A stretch of 64,000 bases of DNA from Minisyncoccota bacterium (GTDB lineage: Bacteria > Patescibacteriota > Minisyncoccia > Phycocordibacterales > PALSA-1337). A program made the position numbers and the translations under genes. The DNA is taken from positions 85 to 64,084 of the forward strand of contig JBAZRX010000001.1 of NCBI GenBank assembly GCA_041662725.1, in the 5' to 3' direction. Below are positions 8,868 to 18,556 of this stretch, piece after piece. Numbering within the stretch: position 1 is the stretch's first letter; the number at the start of each line of letters is the position of its first letter. The notes beneath the pieces were generated by a model. That model ran no database searches and was not told the DNA's origin. It was given only the letters and a program-made list of their open reading frames with translations.

Positions 8868-11051
8868 ATGACCATTTCTATTACCTCCCCGATCAGCGAA
8901 CGTTTCCGTATTACACCAATACAAAAAATTGCTTTGAAGCGTTTAGGGATAGAAACTATTGAAGATCTTCTCTACCACTTCCCTGTACGTTATGGCGATA
9001 CTGCTGAAGCTAAAAATATTGATTCTCTGCAAGCTGGAGATACTGCTGTAATCTTCGGTAAAATTACAGGTCTTAAAACTAGCAAGGGTTGGAAATCAAA
9101 AGTTCCTATGGCCGATGGTTATGTTGAAGATGAGACTGGTCGTATTCATTGTGTTTGGTTCAATCAACCTTATGTTGCGAAAATGTTTACAGATAACATG
9201 TTAGTAAGAATTGAAGGAAAAATTTCACAAAAAAGAATTTCTAAAGATCTGACTTCCACACCACAAACAGAGATCAAAAGAGAAATTCTATATTTCTCTA
9301 ATCCCAAGATAGAAGTAGTCAATTCACTACCTACAGGAGTTGGCGATTCCCTTTTCGGTAACGGTAATGAAGCTCATACTTTATACCCAATCTACCCAGA
9401 ATCACGCGGTATTTCTTCTACTTGGATATATCATGCTCTGCAAAAAATATTTAGAAGCGGAGTATTGGAAACATTAGAAGATCCTATCCCTGAAGATATT
9501 CTAGAAAAATACCATTTACCAGGAATAAAAACTGCTTTTATTTGGATTCACGCACCAATAAATCGTGATCATGCTCTTTCGGCACGTAAGAGATTTTCAT
9601 TTGAAGAAGTATTCGTTATTCAACTTGGTAAAAAAAGAGCTAGAAAAGAATATGAGACTTATCCTTCATTTCTCGTAGAAACAAGCAAGAAAAATGTTCA
9701 GGAATTCGTTAAACGCTTTCCATTTCAAGCTACTAACGCACAAAACCGTGCTATTGAGAATATTATTTCTGATATGAAGCGTGAATACGCCATGTCACGA
9801 TTACTTGAAGGAGATGTTGGCTCCGGTAAAACCGCCGTAGCCGCCGCTAGTGCATATGCAGTAATAGTCTCTAAATTACAAACTGCTTATATGTGCCCTA
9901 CGGAAATATTAGCTACTCAACACTTTGAATCTTTCATTAAATACTTTTCTTTTATGCCAATACAAATCGGTCTTATCACCGGTTCTGGTTGTCGTAAGTT
10001 TCCTTCTAAAGTAAATCCAAAAGGCTGGACAGATATTTCACGTGCACAATTATTGAAATGGGTCGCTAATGGAGAAATTGCTGTTCTCATCGGTACCCAC
10101 GCACTAATTCAAAAGTCTGTTGAATTCAAAAACCTTGCTTATGTAATTATTGATGAACAACATCGATTCGGCACAGCCCAAAGAGCAAAACTGGTAAAAA
10201 AGAATAATATCGCTCCTCACTTACTTTCCATGACAGCCACACCAATCCCTCGAACACTAGCTCTCACTATGTATGGAGACCTTGATCTTACTTTACTTGA
10301 TGAATCCCCGGCTGGAAGAAAACCTATTATCACAGAATTAGTTTTACCAGGTAAACGTGAAGAAGTGTACGAAAAAATTCGTAAAGAATTACAAACTGGT
10401 CGACAAATGTATGTAATCTGCCCACGCATTAATGAACCTGATCCGGAAAAAGAAGCCGCCATTATTGCCAAATCAGTCAAAGAAGAAGCTAAACGTCTGA
10501 AAAAAGAAATTTTTCCTGAATACGAAATCGGTATTCTCCACGGCAAAATGAGACCGAGTGAGAAAAATTCTGTAATGCGACAATTTAACAATGGAACAAT
10601 CAAAATACTATGCGCGACTTCAGTGGTAGAAGTAGGTGTAAATGTACCAAATGCTACTGTAATAATTATTGAGGGTGCAGAGAGATTCGGTTTAGCACAA
10701 CTTCATCAACTTCGTGGTCGTGTCATGAGAAGTACTGATCAAGCGTATTGCTATGCTTTTACAGAAACTAATTCTGCAAAATCTATAGATCGTCTTAAAG
10801 CTTTGCAGACAGCCAAGAACGGATTTGAATTAGCGGAACTTGATCTTGCTCAGCGTGGAGCAGGTCAACTGTCTGGAAATCAACAATGGGGTGTTTCTGA
10901 TATTGCTATGGAAGCCTTACAAAATTTGAAAATGGTAGAAGCGGCAAGAACAGAGGCAGTGAGACTTATCAATGAGGATCCTGCTCTTACAAAATATCCT
11001 ATATTGAATAAAAAAATTACTCTACATTCGAAAGATGCTCACTTTGAATAA
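8868..11051 (+). CDS. recG: ATP-dependent DNA helicase RecG
   Basis: 727 aa. Walker A 'GDVGSGKT', 'IIDEQHRFG' (DExH), 'QLRGRV' helicase C motif, N-terminal wedge region. Confidence 0.9.
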   Translation: MTISITSPISERFRITPIQKIALKRLGIETIEDLLYHFPVRYGDTAEAKNIDSLQAGDTAVIFGKITGLKTSKGWKSKVPMADGYVEDETGRIHCVWFNQPYVAKMFTDNMLVRIEGKISQKRISKDLTSTPQTEIKREILYFSNPKIEVVNSLPTGVGDSLFGNGNEAHTLYPIYPESRGISSTWIYHALQKIFRSGVLETLEDPIPEDILEKYHLPGIKTAFIWIHAPINRDHALSARKRFSFEEVFVIQLGKKRARKEYETYPSFLVETSKKNVQEFVKRFPFQATNAQNRAIENIISDMKREYAMSRLLEGDVGSGKTAVAAASAYAVIVSKLQTAYMCPTEILATQHFESFIKYFSFMPIQIGLITGSGCRKFPSKVNPKGWTDISRAQLLKWVANGEIAVLIGTHALIQKSVEFKNLAYVIIDEQHRFGTAQRAKLVKKNNIAPHLLSMTATPIPRTLALTMYGDLDLTLLDESPAGRKPIITELVLPGKREEVYEKIRKELQTGRQMYVICPRINEPDPEKEAAIIAKSVKEEAKRLKKEIFPEYEIGILHGKMRPSEKNSVMRQFNNGTIKILCATSVVEVGVNVPNATVIIIEGAERFGLAQLHQLRGRVMRSTDQAYCYAFTETNSAKSIDRLKALQTAKNGFELAELDLAQRGAGQLSGNQQWGVSDIAMEALQNLKMVEAARTEAVRLINEDPALTKYPILNKKITLHSKDAHFE

Positions 11052-11120
11052 TGCAAATAAAGAGATCTGGTTATATAATTAAAACAGCAGTTCTATAGCT
11101 TATAAACTAAATTAAAAGCT

Positions 11121-11198
11121 ATGACTATACTATTAGTCGTAATTATTTTTGTAGTAGGTTACGTAGCCGGTTTCGTTAGCGCTATAAGATTATTCTAA
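11121..11198 (+). CDS. tiny hydrophobic peptide (25 aa, MTILLVVIIFVVGYVAGFVSAIRLF), speculative
   Basis: Read directly from sequence between recG and the tRNA. Single predicted TM span; no clear SD. Confidence 0.15.
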   Translation: MTILLVVIIFVVGYVAGFVSAIRLF

Positions 11199-11221
11199 TG
11201 CTAAGTCTCTGCAAATGTATG

Positions 11222-11295
11222 TCCGCCCCCTAGGATTCGAACCTAGGACCCTCGAGGTATAAGCTCGATGCTCTAACCAACTGAGCTAGGGGCGG
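11222..11295 (-). tRNA. tRNA with anticodon UAU (predicted tRNA-Ile reading AUA)
   Basis: rc folds as CCGCCCC-TA-GCTC-AGTTGGTTA-GAGC-A-TCGAG-CTTATAC-CTCGA-GGGTC-CTAGG-TTCGAAT-CCTAG-GGGGCGG-A. Anticodon positions 34-36 = TAT. CCA not encoded. Confidence 0.75.
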
Positions 11296-11307
11296 ATAAA
11301 CCCTATA

Positions 11308-13245
11308 TTAGAGCATAACTCCCTTTTGATCAATTAGATCATCTTTCTTTTTCATTACAATCCCCTGCGCAATTAATATTGCTTCATATTCTTCACGTTC
11401 TATAGTTTCCTTTTCAATAAGACGATGAGCAATAGCATCAAAAGCTTTTTTATTAGCTGAGATAGTTTTCTTAGCAAGTTCACGACCATCAGTCATAATA
11501 CGAGAAACTTCAGAATCAACTTCTGCGGCAACTTTCTCAGAATATTCACGGTCTGATACACCCATACCAAACAGAACCTTTCCTTGTGGACTCTCTAATG
11601 CGATAGGACCAATTTTATCTGACATCCCATAGAGCGTAACCATATCTCTAGCCAAAGCTGTAGCTACTTGAAGATCATTAGAAGCACCAGTTGTAAGATC
11701 TCCAAAGACCATCATTTCAGCAACATAACCTCCTAATGAAACTGCAATATCATCAAGAAACTCTTTTCGAGATTGAAGTCTGCGTTCTTCGAAAGGTAAT
11801 TTCAAAGTGTAACCAGCGGCACGACCGCGAGAAATAATAGAAATTTTATGAACAGGGTCAGCATGAGGTAAGATTGAAGAAATTAAAGCATGGCCAGATT
11901 CATGATATGCCGTAATTTCTTTTTCTTTAATTGAAAGAATATGACTCCTACGCTCTGGACCAAGCATAACTTTTTCTATAGAACGAATAAGATCAAACTG
12001 CCCTATCTTGGTACGGTCTTCGCGAGCCGCAAGAATAGCCGCTTCATTCATCAGCGATGCTAGATCTGCTCCAGAAAAACCAGGCGTACGCTCAGCAACA
12101 ACTTGCATGTTTACATCTTCAGCTAACTGCTTCTTTGCAGAATGTATAGCAAGAATAGCCTCACGATCACTACGATCTGGAACATCAATAACCACACGAC
12201 GATCAAATCTTCCTGGTCGCAAAAGTGCTGGATCTAGAACATCAGGACGATTCGTTGCCGCCATGACAATAACTTTTTCATTAGGCTCAAATCCGTCCAT
12301 CTCTACAAGAATCTGATTCAAAGTTTGCTCACGTTCATCGTTACCACCACCCATACCAGAACCACGAGCACGTCCAACAGCATCTATCTCATCAACGAAA
12401 ACAATAGCTGGAGCTACATCCTTAGCCATCTTGAAAAGATCACGAACACGTGACGCTCCTACTCCGACGAACATTTCTACGAATTCGGAACCAGAAATAG
12501 AAAAGAAAGCTACTCCAGCCTCACCAGCAACAGCACGGGCAAGCAAAGTTTTACCTGTTCCAGGAGCACCCATGAGAATAACTCCCTTAGGAATTTCTGC
12601 ACCAATTTCAATAAATTTCTTAGGATTTTTTAGAAAATCAACAATCTCCATTAATTCCTGTTTAGCTTCTTTAGCCCCCGCAACATCTTTGAAAGTGACC
12701 TTCTGTTTTATATCTGAAGGTAATGTTATACGAGCTTTTGATTGACCGAAAGCCATAGCCTGCATTCCTGCCCCGCGCATTTGTCTTGAAATAAGCCAAA
12801 CAAAAAATATCAAGAATATAATCGGAGCTAAAAATGGTGCAAGTTCACCAACCCAATACCAAAAACCACTTGGCTGTCCAACTGTGATAGTGGTGGAAGC
12901 TAATTTTGATGACATTACCCCCAGACGAGTTAGCGATTCTGTTAAAGAAGAATCGTATTCTTTTTGTGCTATTTTTTTAGTTTTATCGGCATAAGTAGCT
13001 ACAACATTATTTCCAGAAAGATTCAACGACATGATTCCGCCATTTTGAATATCAAAAGCAATTTTTGAAAGAGGTACTGGAGTAGCTAAATCAGTTTTTA
13101 TGGAATATTGAGAGTAAATAGCAGAGATAATCAAGAACACCAAGATAATCGTGGATATTATGTTCAAAAAGCTCATGCGTGGTTGGAACATACCTTTAGG
13201 AGCTTTATTGCCGTTATTCTGGTTATTTATACCGCTATTTGCCAT
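11308..13245 (-). CDS. ftsH: ATP-dependent zinc metalloprotease FtsH
   Basis: 645 aa. N-terminal TM, AAA module '[18 protein letters not shown]', second-region homology, 'HESGHAL' zinc site. Confidence 0.95.
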   Translation of the reverse strand: MANSGINNQNNGNKAPKGMFQPRMSFLNIISTIILVFLIISAIYSQYSIKTDLATPVPLSKIAFDIQNGGIMSLNLSGNNVVATYADKTKKIAQKEYDSSLTESLTRLGVMSSKLASTTITVGQPSGFWYWVGELAPFLAPIIFLIFFVWLISRQMRGAGMQAMAFGQSKARITLPSDIKQKVTFKDVAGAKEAKQELMEIVDFLKNPKKFIEIGAEIPKGVILMGAPGTGKTLLARAVAGEAGVAFFSISGSEFVEMFVGVGASRVRDLFKMAKDVAPAIVFVDEIDAVGRARGSGMGGGNDEREQTLNQILVEMDGFEPNEKVIVMAATNRPDVLDPALLRPGRFDRRVVIDVPDRSDREAILAIHSAKKQLAEDVNMQVVAERTPGFSGADLASLMNEAAILAAREDRTKIGQFDLIRSIEKVMLGPERRSHILSIKEKEITAYHESGHALISSILPHADPVHKISIISRGRAAGYTLKLPFEERRLQSRKEFLDDIAVSLGGYVAEMMVFGDLTTGASNDLQVATALARDMVTLYGMSDKIGPIALESPQGKVLFGMGVSDREYSEKVAAEVDSEVSRIMTDGRELAKKTISANKKAFDAIAHRLIEKETIEREEYEAILIAQGIVMKKKDDLIDQKGVML

Positions 13246-13280
13246 ATTTAGTTGATTATACAGAAAAACGCTGTAAATGA

Positions 13281-13303
13281 AAGAAAAAAGACGCCGAAGC
13301 GTC
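13281..13303 (-). terminator. rho-independent terminator after ORF 13332..13745
   Basis: Minus-strand stem GACGC-TTCG-GCGTC followed by TTTTTT. Confidence 0.6.
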
Positions 13304-13331
13304 TGTGTCCTAATCTGAAAAAATTATCTCC

Positions 13332-13745
13332 TTAATGGAGAACAATATTTTTATGTTTAGTAAAATTTGTAATAGGATGACTGTAACCCGTGAGACCAGC
13401 TTCTCTGGACAAGTCATCCTTGCGTTCAAAATCACCCTTTCGAAACGTACGTTTCATCCAAAGAGCCGCTCTCGATATAAAACGTGTAGTACCCCTAAAA
13501 CCAAGTGATCCACAATTTTTACAACGAGAATATTTGTAAGTATCATAGAACATACCAGTTCTTGATACATGAGAAACATTCGGACTCGGATTCATGTAGA
13601 AGTAATGTTTCATGAACACGCAACCGCATATCTTGCACCTTTCTTGAATCATTCTCTTCACACGATGTGCTACAAACCAAAAAATGGTAACGACAATCGC
13701 AGTGATAACGATAATCGATACGATCGATGTTGTCGTCAATGTCAT
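13332..13745 (-). CDS. hypothetical membrane-anchored zinc-ribbon protein
   Basis: 137 aa. N-terminal TM 'IVSIIVITAIVVTIFWFV', then CKICGC...CKNCGS cysteine pairs. Confidence 0.4.
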   Translation of the reverse strand: MTLTTTSIVSIIVITAIVVTIFWFVAHRVKRMIQERCKICGCVFMKHYFYMNPSPNVSHVSRTGMFYDTYKYSRCKNCGSLGFRGTTRFISRAALWMKRTFRKGDFERKDDLSREAGLTGYSHPITNFTKHKNIVLH

Positions 13746-13823
13746 AAAACCTCCATTAATCTAATTATTTATTTCTTATCAATTCCTTATACAAATTACC
13801 ACGTATTGATGTCTTTGACAAAT

Positions 13824-14420
13824 TTATGGAATTGGTTGTCCTTCTGATTGCCAAACCTTAACTGACTCTATTGGATGAAATAACATTATTACATTTAAAG
13901 TTAAATTATCTCTAACCCAAAAGAGACAACCGAGTTCAAGAATAATTATCAATAATATTGCAAACCATATTTTTGATATCTTGGCGATAAGAAAACCTAA
14001 CGACATCATAAGAATATCAGAAAGTGAATTTAAGACACTATCACCAAAATACCCTAGTGCAATAGTTGCTTCTCTATAACGATTAATAATAAAGGAAGAA
14101 TTTTCAAAAAGTTCCCATGCGCCTTCTAAAATAAGTGCGATTAAAAAACGATATTTTATTGGCAATCTCTTAGCTACAAGTGACAAAAATGCAAAAAATA
14201 AAATCCCATGAATAATATGAGAGAAAGAATAAATATCTGCAACACGTTGAGAAGTCTCATTACCCCAAATATTATTATCCCAAAATGCAAACTTCCCATC
14301 AGGGCCTAATACGGAACGACCAAAATATAATTCAATAACCGCAACTGCGCTAAGTACAATAATTGTACTAAGTATAATAAAACGGTGCTCCTTTAAAAAA
14401 GAAATTATTTTTTGAAACAT
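13824..14420 (-). CDS. hypothetical integral membrane protein
   Basis: 198 aa with ~5 hydrophobic segments; no recognisable catalytic motif. Confidence 0.45.
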   Translation of the reverse strand: MFQKIISFLKEHRFIILSTIIVLSAVAVIELYFGRSVLGPDGKFAFWDNNIWGNETSQRVADIYSFSHIIHGILFFAFLSLVAKRLPIKYRFLIALILEGAWELFENSSFIINRYREATIALGYFGDSVLNSLSDILMMSLGFLIAKISKIWFAILLIIILELGCLFWVRDNLTLNVIMLFHPIESVKVWQSEGQPIP

Positions 14421-14524
14421 TTTAGAAGTTTATATGTGATCCTGTATAGTTTACTATAAACAAAACTTATCTGCATATTAATCAACTTTTTTAGACAGAA
14501 ACACCTTAAGATATTTCTACCATC

Positions 14525-15292
14525 TCACATTATTTCTAAAAAAAGCGGTAAATGATCGGAGACTTCGTGATTTAATACTTTAAAATCAACTTCTTTTAAA
14601 TTCTTTGATAAAAATATGTAATCAGCAAACTTATCTTTTTTATTATAAAACGAGCTTCTAGTAGATTGAATATCATATTTTTTAACCAAATTTAACATTC
14701 CAGTTGATTCCAAGATTTTTACACTTTCAGTATCTGGCAGAAGATTAAAATCCCCACAGAGAACGTACTCCCCTTTAAGAGAATTCGTAAACTTAACAAT
14801 ATTCTTTGATTGATTTATTCTGTCATCACAATCAGTCTTCCCTTTTCCATTCCATAATCCATGAAAATTTATAATAGTTAGTGGTTCTTGATCTATCATA
14901 ACCGTAACATACTGAATATTTCTAGCGTGATTCCCAATATCTCCATTTGGAATATGTCCTTTCTCTAGATAAACAAATAATTCTCCCTCAGCTATTACAT
15001 TTAATTTCTTACTTACCATCATTAATAATCCATAATTGTTCAAAAAATGAGGACGAAAATATGCTGTATGTTCAGAGAGCGTATTTGATATATCCTGCAT
15101 ACCACTAGTCATGATCCTACTTTGATCAATTGCTAAGCCACCTGCACTATGACCATTATAATCGTCATATGGCGCTGACCATATTTCCTGAAGACAAAAT
15201 ATATCTACACTATCTTTGTGCTCATTAAAAAAATTAATTAGGCTATCTTTTCCAGCCCTACCACCCCATGTGTTTAGAGTAATTATTTTCAT
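14525..15292 (-). CDS. endonuclease/exonuclease/phosphatase (EEP) family protein
   Basis: 255 aa. 'IITLNTWGG', 'FCLQEIW', 'GDFNLLPDT', 'SDHLPLFLEI' EEP catalytic blocks. Confidence 0.75.
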   Translation of the reverse strand: MKIITLNTWGGRAGKDSLINFFNEHKDSVDIFCLQEIWSAPYDDYNGHSAGGLAIDQSRIMTSGMQDISNTLSEHTAYFRPHFLNNYGLLMMVSKKLNVIAEGELFVYLEKGHIPNGDIGNHARNIQYVTVMIDQEPLTIINFHGLWNGKGKTDCDDRINQSKNIVKFTNSLKGEYVLCGDFNLLPDTESVKILESTGMLNLVKKYDIQSTRSSFYNKKDKFADYIFLSKNLKEVDFKVLNHEVSDHLPLFLEIM

Positions 15293-15463
15293 GTCAAAAT
15301 CATAACTCTAAATTCACAAATCGACTAGACCGATCTGGGAATATTAATAATAATTTCTTTTGGCTTTATAACAGTGCAATTATATGTGCTTGCACTGCGC
15401 AGCTCCGATAGAAGCGAATGCGTGTGCTTGCACTGCGTAGCTCGCGATTAGCGAGCGAAGCAG

Positions 15464-15826
15464 TGGAGATGGGCGGAATCGAACCGCCGTGCAACTGATA
15501 TGATTCGAACGATTCTACGGTGGTAGAAAACTTTATATTTAATGCTCTTACTGAAAAGGTTTTCAAAACATAAGAGCACGATCTCTAGATTTCGGTAAAT
15601 AAGGTGAGAAGTCCTATTTACCTACATTCAAGTTATAACACTCGGTCCTCGAGTTAGAATCCCCCGAGGCGAGCGCGCCCTTTAAACAAAGGCGAATGCA
15701 AAGTCCTTTTGTCCGAAATACGGAGAAACGGTTGTTTTAGCATTTAGAATTTCCATCAGATTTACGAGTTAATGGTGCTCGCACCGCACGAACGAACATG
15801 ATCGATTGTCTATGCCGATCATCCCC
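15464..15826 (-). ncRNA. ssrA: tmRNA (ssrA)
   Basis: rc starts GGGGATG... and ends ...GGCGGTTCGATTCCGCCCATCTCCA (tRNA-like T-arm plus acceptor pairing with the 5' GGGGATG). ~363 nt. Lies immediately downstream of smpB on the same strand. Candidate tag ORF GCT AAA ACA ACC GTT TCT CCG TAT TTC GGA CAA AAG GAC TTT GCA TTC GCC TTT GTT TAA (AKTTVSPYFGQKDFAFAFV*). Confidence 0.75.
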
Positions 15827-15949
15827 TCATTTTTGGTATTGCAAAAATGAGATCGGAAGATTTTTCATGGCGAAGCCGTGAAAAATTTCCGATCAAACTT
15901 CGATTTTAATACATCAAAATCGAAGTCAAATCTTTACAATTACACTTTT

Positions 15950-16402
15950 TCAACGATCTCTAAACTCCCTTCTTATCACCCTATCTGTCTCGCGTTTTTT
16001 CGTAGTTTCGCGTTTGTCGTATTTTTTCTTTCCTCTCACAACCGCTACAGATACTTTGATAAGCTTGGTCTTATTATATATTGAAATAGGCACGATTGTC
16101 AATCCTTTACCCTTACCAGCCTCAATATCTGCTAACTTTGCAATTTCTTTTTTATTTAAAAGAAGTCGACGGTTCCTACGTGGTTCATAACCAGAGGGTG
16201 TATTATTTTCTTGATACGGCGGTATAAATACATTCATGGCATAAGCTTCCCCGCCACGAATTATCACATATGAGCCATCCAATGAACCCTGCCCTTTCTT
16301 TAATGATTTAACTTCAAAACCGAGCAATTCAATACCTGCCTCAAATTTCTCTAATATTTCATAATCAAAATGGGCTTTTTTATAATCTACCAATGTAGTC
16401 AT
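15950..16402 (-). CDS. smpB: SsrA-binding protein SmpB
   Basis: Listed ORF runs to 16480; conserved core begins at the internal 'MTTLVDYKKAHFDYEILEKFEAGIELLGFEVKSL'. C-terminal 'RGKKKYDKRE' tail typical of SmpB. Confidence 0.85.
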   Translation of the reverse strand: MTTLVDYKKAHFDYEILEKFEAGIELLGFEVKSLKKGQGSLDGSYVIIRGGEAYAMNVFIPPYQENNTPSGYEPRRNRRLLLNKKEIAKLADIEAGKGKGLTIVPISIYNKTKLIKVSVAVVRGKKKYDKRETTKKRETDRVIRREFRDR

Positions 16403-16466
16403 AGTGATAATATCGTAACATAAAAAAAGGCCAAGCACTGCACTTAGCCGTTTTACGTGATTCATT

Positions 16467-16943
16467 TTATCTAATAACACAGTGATAACACTGTGAACAT
16501 CTATATATTGAGAATGGATCCTCCAAATGTGAAAAATTCATTTTGCTCCAACATTTTGAACATATCTGCCAATACTCGCCATCTGGTCGCCGCTCGATAT
16601 ATCTGCATTTCCAGCATATCTTGGCAACCAGAGTTTCGACAGTGTGTTCACCAGGACCTAATTCATTATCTTGGCCCCAAACTTCTTCCAAAGAATGCTG
16701 GCAATTTCTTTGAATTTGTTCCAACTCCTCATTGAGTTTGTTGAATAAACCAATAGCCTCTCGGATCTTAATCACTATCGTCTCAACTTTCCATTTAACC
16801 TCATCAGGAAGTATTCTAGCATTCGCTAGGCTTAATGCTTTTTGCAAGCATCCCAAATATTCCCGCGGTCGATCCAATTCACAGACTTGAATCGGGTCTT
16901 TATTAATATCTGTACTAATATTTCTAGTGCTTTCTTCTTTCAT
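16467..16943 (-). CDS. hypothetical cysteine-rich protein
   Basis: 158 aa; C-terminal 'CWKCRY...CSKCW...CSQCYHC' metal-binding-like clusters. Confidence 0.4.
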   Translation of the reverse strand: MKEESTRNISTDINKDPIQVCELDRPREYLGCLQKALSLANARILPDEVKWKVETIVIKIREAIGLFNKLNEELEQIQRNCQHSLEEVWGQDNELGPGEHTVETLVAKICWKCRYIERRPDGEYWQICSKCWSKMNFSHLEDPFSIYRCSQCYHCVIR

Positions 16944-17071
16944 TTTTCACCTCTCTAATAGGCATATTACTCACAATTACAATCTCGTCAAACGCTATCT
17001 ATCAAGCTCTCTATCAGCATCTTCACAACCTCAACATTAAGTAGTAATCTTATTCGAGAAAGTGAGGTTCC

Positions 17072-17278
17072 ATGAAAACAAAAACCGAAAGAAACAGATG
17101 TGTTCTGTCTTTTGTTATTGGTCTAGCATTTGCCGCAGTTGGCATATATAGCATCATTACCGACGTGAACAATATTAAGGCCATAAATCACGAGCTCCTA
17201 CATTCAATAGAATTTTTTACTGTTATCGGTCTAGCATTAACAGTTACGTCTCTAGTTGCATATTACGCACCAGATTAA
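17072..17278 (+). CDS. hypothetical small two-TM membrane protein
   Basis: 68 aa with two hydrophobic helices. Confidence 0.3.
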   Translation: MKTKTERNRCVLSFVIGLAFAAVGIYSIITDVNNIKAINHELLHSIEFFTVIGLALTVTSLVAYYAPD

Positions 17279-17320
17279 ACCAACTTTTATGGAATTATTC
17301 CAAACGCACCAAAGCCTCTG

Positions 17321-18436
17321 GTGCGTTTTTACTTCTATTGTCGTATAATCACCCTTATCATGCCTTCCCCTACTTCTTGGAAACTCTACAATCAAAATGA
17401 AGAGGCTTGGAATTCAATGCTCAATGATTGTGCTAACGCTAAAGAAAGTATTGTCTTGGAACAATTCATCTTCTTTAATGATGAATTCGGTCAGAAATTG
17501 ATAGATGTATGTGTAGAAAGAGCCGCCGCCGGTGTCAAAGTAAGATTCCTATGGGATGCCGCTGGTAGTTTTACTTTTTGGGGATCAAATGTTGCTAAAG
17601 ATTTGCAGACAAAAGGGATTGAACTTCTTTTTTGGAAAACACTTATCCCTGGTTACTTTAAGATACCGAACATGCGTTCATGGTATCTACGCAATCATAG
17701 ACGTACATTAGTTATAGATGAAAAAATCGGTTACACAGGCAGTATCTGTGTATATGATAGTTTCAAAAATTGGCGTGACACCAATGTACGACTTGAAGGT
17801 CCTGTTGTATCAGAAATGTCTAATGCTTTTGAACGTATGTGGGCTCGTGCTAATTCAATCAAATTACCTAAGAAAAAATCATCTAGTGATAGAGAATTTA
17901 GATACATTACAAACTATCCTGCCCCTGGCCGAAGACATATATATGCGACCATAATAAAAGCTATACGTGGAGCTCGCAAAAATGTCTACATTACTACACC
18001 GTATTTTGTTCCAACACATCGTCTAATCAAGGCTATCAAATCAACCACCAAAAAGGGTGTTGATGTTCGCCTTATTATCCCAGAAAAATCAGACTATTAC
18101 GCTGTTGATCTAGGAGCACGAGCTTTTTTCAAAACACTTTTACAATCAGGTGTACGGATCTTTCTTTATTCTGAAAATATGATACACAGCAAATCTATAG
18201 TAGTTGACGGCACGTGGGCTACGGTTGGTTCTATGAATATGGACAGTGCCAGTATGCTTTATAATTTTGAAGCTAATATAGTAACTACTAATAATGCTTT
18301 TACACAGGAATTAACTAATCATTTTATAAATGATCTTAAAGAAACCAAAGAAGTATCTCTAACTGAATGGCAAAATAGGTTTTTCCTAGAAAAAATACCA
18401 GAAATATTGATAAGATTGGTAAAGAAATTTTTATAA
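17321..18436 (+). CDS. cls: cardiolipin synthase / phospholipase D family protein
   Basis: Two HKD motifs: 'NHRRTLVIDEKIGYTGSICV' and 'HSKSIVVDGTWATVGSMNMD'. True start may be the internal 'MPSPTSW' (~17360). Confidence 0.8.
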   Translation: MRFYFYCRIITLIMPSPTSWKLYNQNEEAWNSMLNDCANAKESIVLEQFIFFNDEFGQKLIDVCVERAAAGVKVRFLWDAAGSFTFWGSNVAKDLQTKGIELLFWKTLIPGYFKIPNMRSWYLRNHRRTLVIDEKIGYTGSICVYDSFKNWRDTNVRLEGPVVSEMSNAFERMWARANSIKLPKKKSSSDREFRYITNYPAPGRRHIYATIIKAIRGARKNVYITTPYFVPTHRLIKAIKSTTKKGVDVRLIIPEKSDYYAVDLGARAFFKTLLQSGVRIFLYSENMIHSKSIVVDGTWATVGSMNMDSASMLYNFEANIVTTNNAFTQELTNHFINDLKETKEVSLTEWQNRFFLEKIPEILIRLVKKFL

Positions 18437-18484
18437 TTAGTTTTAAGAAAAAAATTATTCATTAAGCTAGAAAAAGAACGTACA

Positions 18485-18509
18485 CCCCAGCTAAAGCTGG
18501 GGGTTTTCT
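18485..18509 (+). terminator. rho-independent terminator after cls
   Basis: CCCCAGC-TAAA-GCTGGGG then TTTTCT. Confidence 0.65.
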
Positions 18510-18511
18510 GG

Positions 18512-18550
18512 TTAAAAGAAAGAGCCTCCGCAAAAAAATTACGGAGGCTC
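18512..18550 (-). terminator. rho-independent terminator after ORF 18557..19267
   Basis: GAGCCTCCG-loop-CGGAGGCTC followed on the minus strand by a U-tract. Confidence 0.6.
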
Positions 18551-18556
18551 AAGTAA

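Noticed and set aside
12008-12745. Plus-strand ORFs 12008..12316 and 12431..12745
   Set aside because: Antisense to ftsH; Arg/Ser-rich shadow frames.
15366-15566. 66-aa ORF on the minus strand
   Set aside because: Lies entirely within the tmRNA gene; amino-acid composition is non-protein-like. Treated as spurious.
15878-16084. 68-aa plus-strand ORF
   Set aside because: Antisense to smpB, low complexity, no signals.
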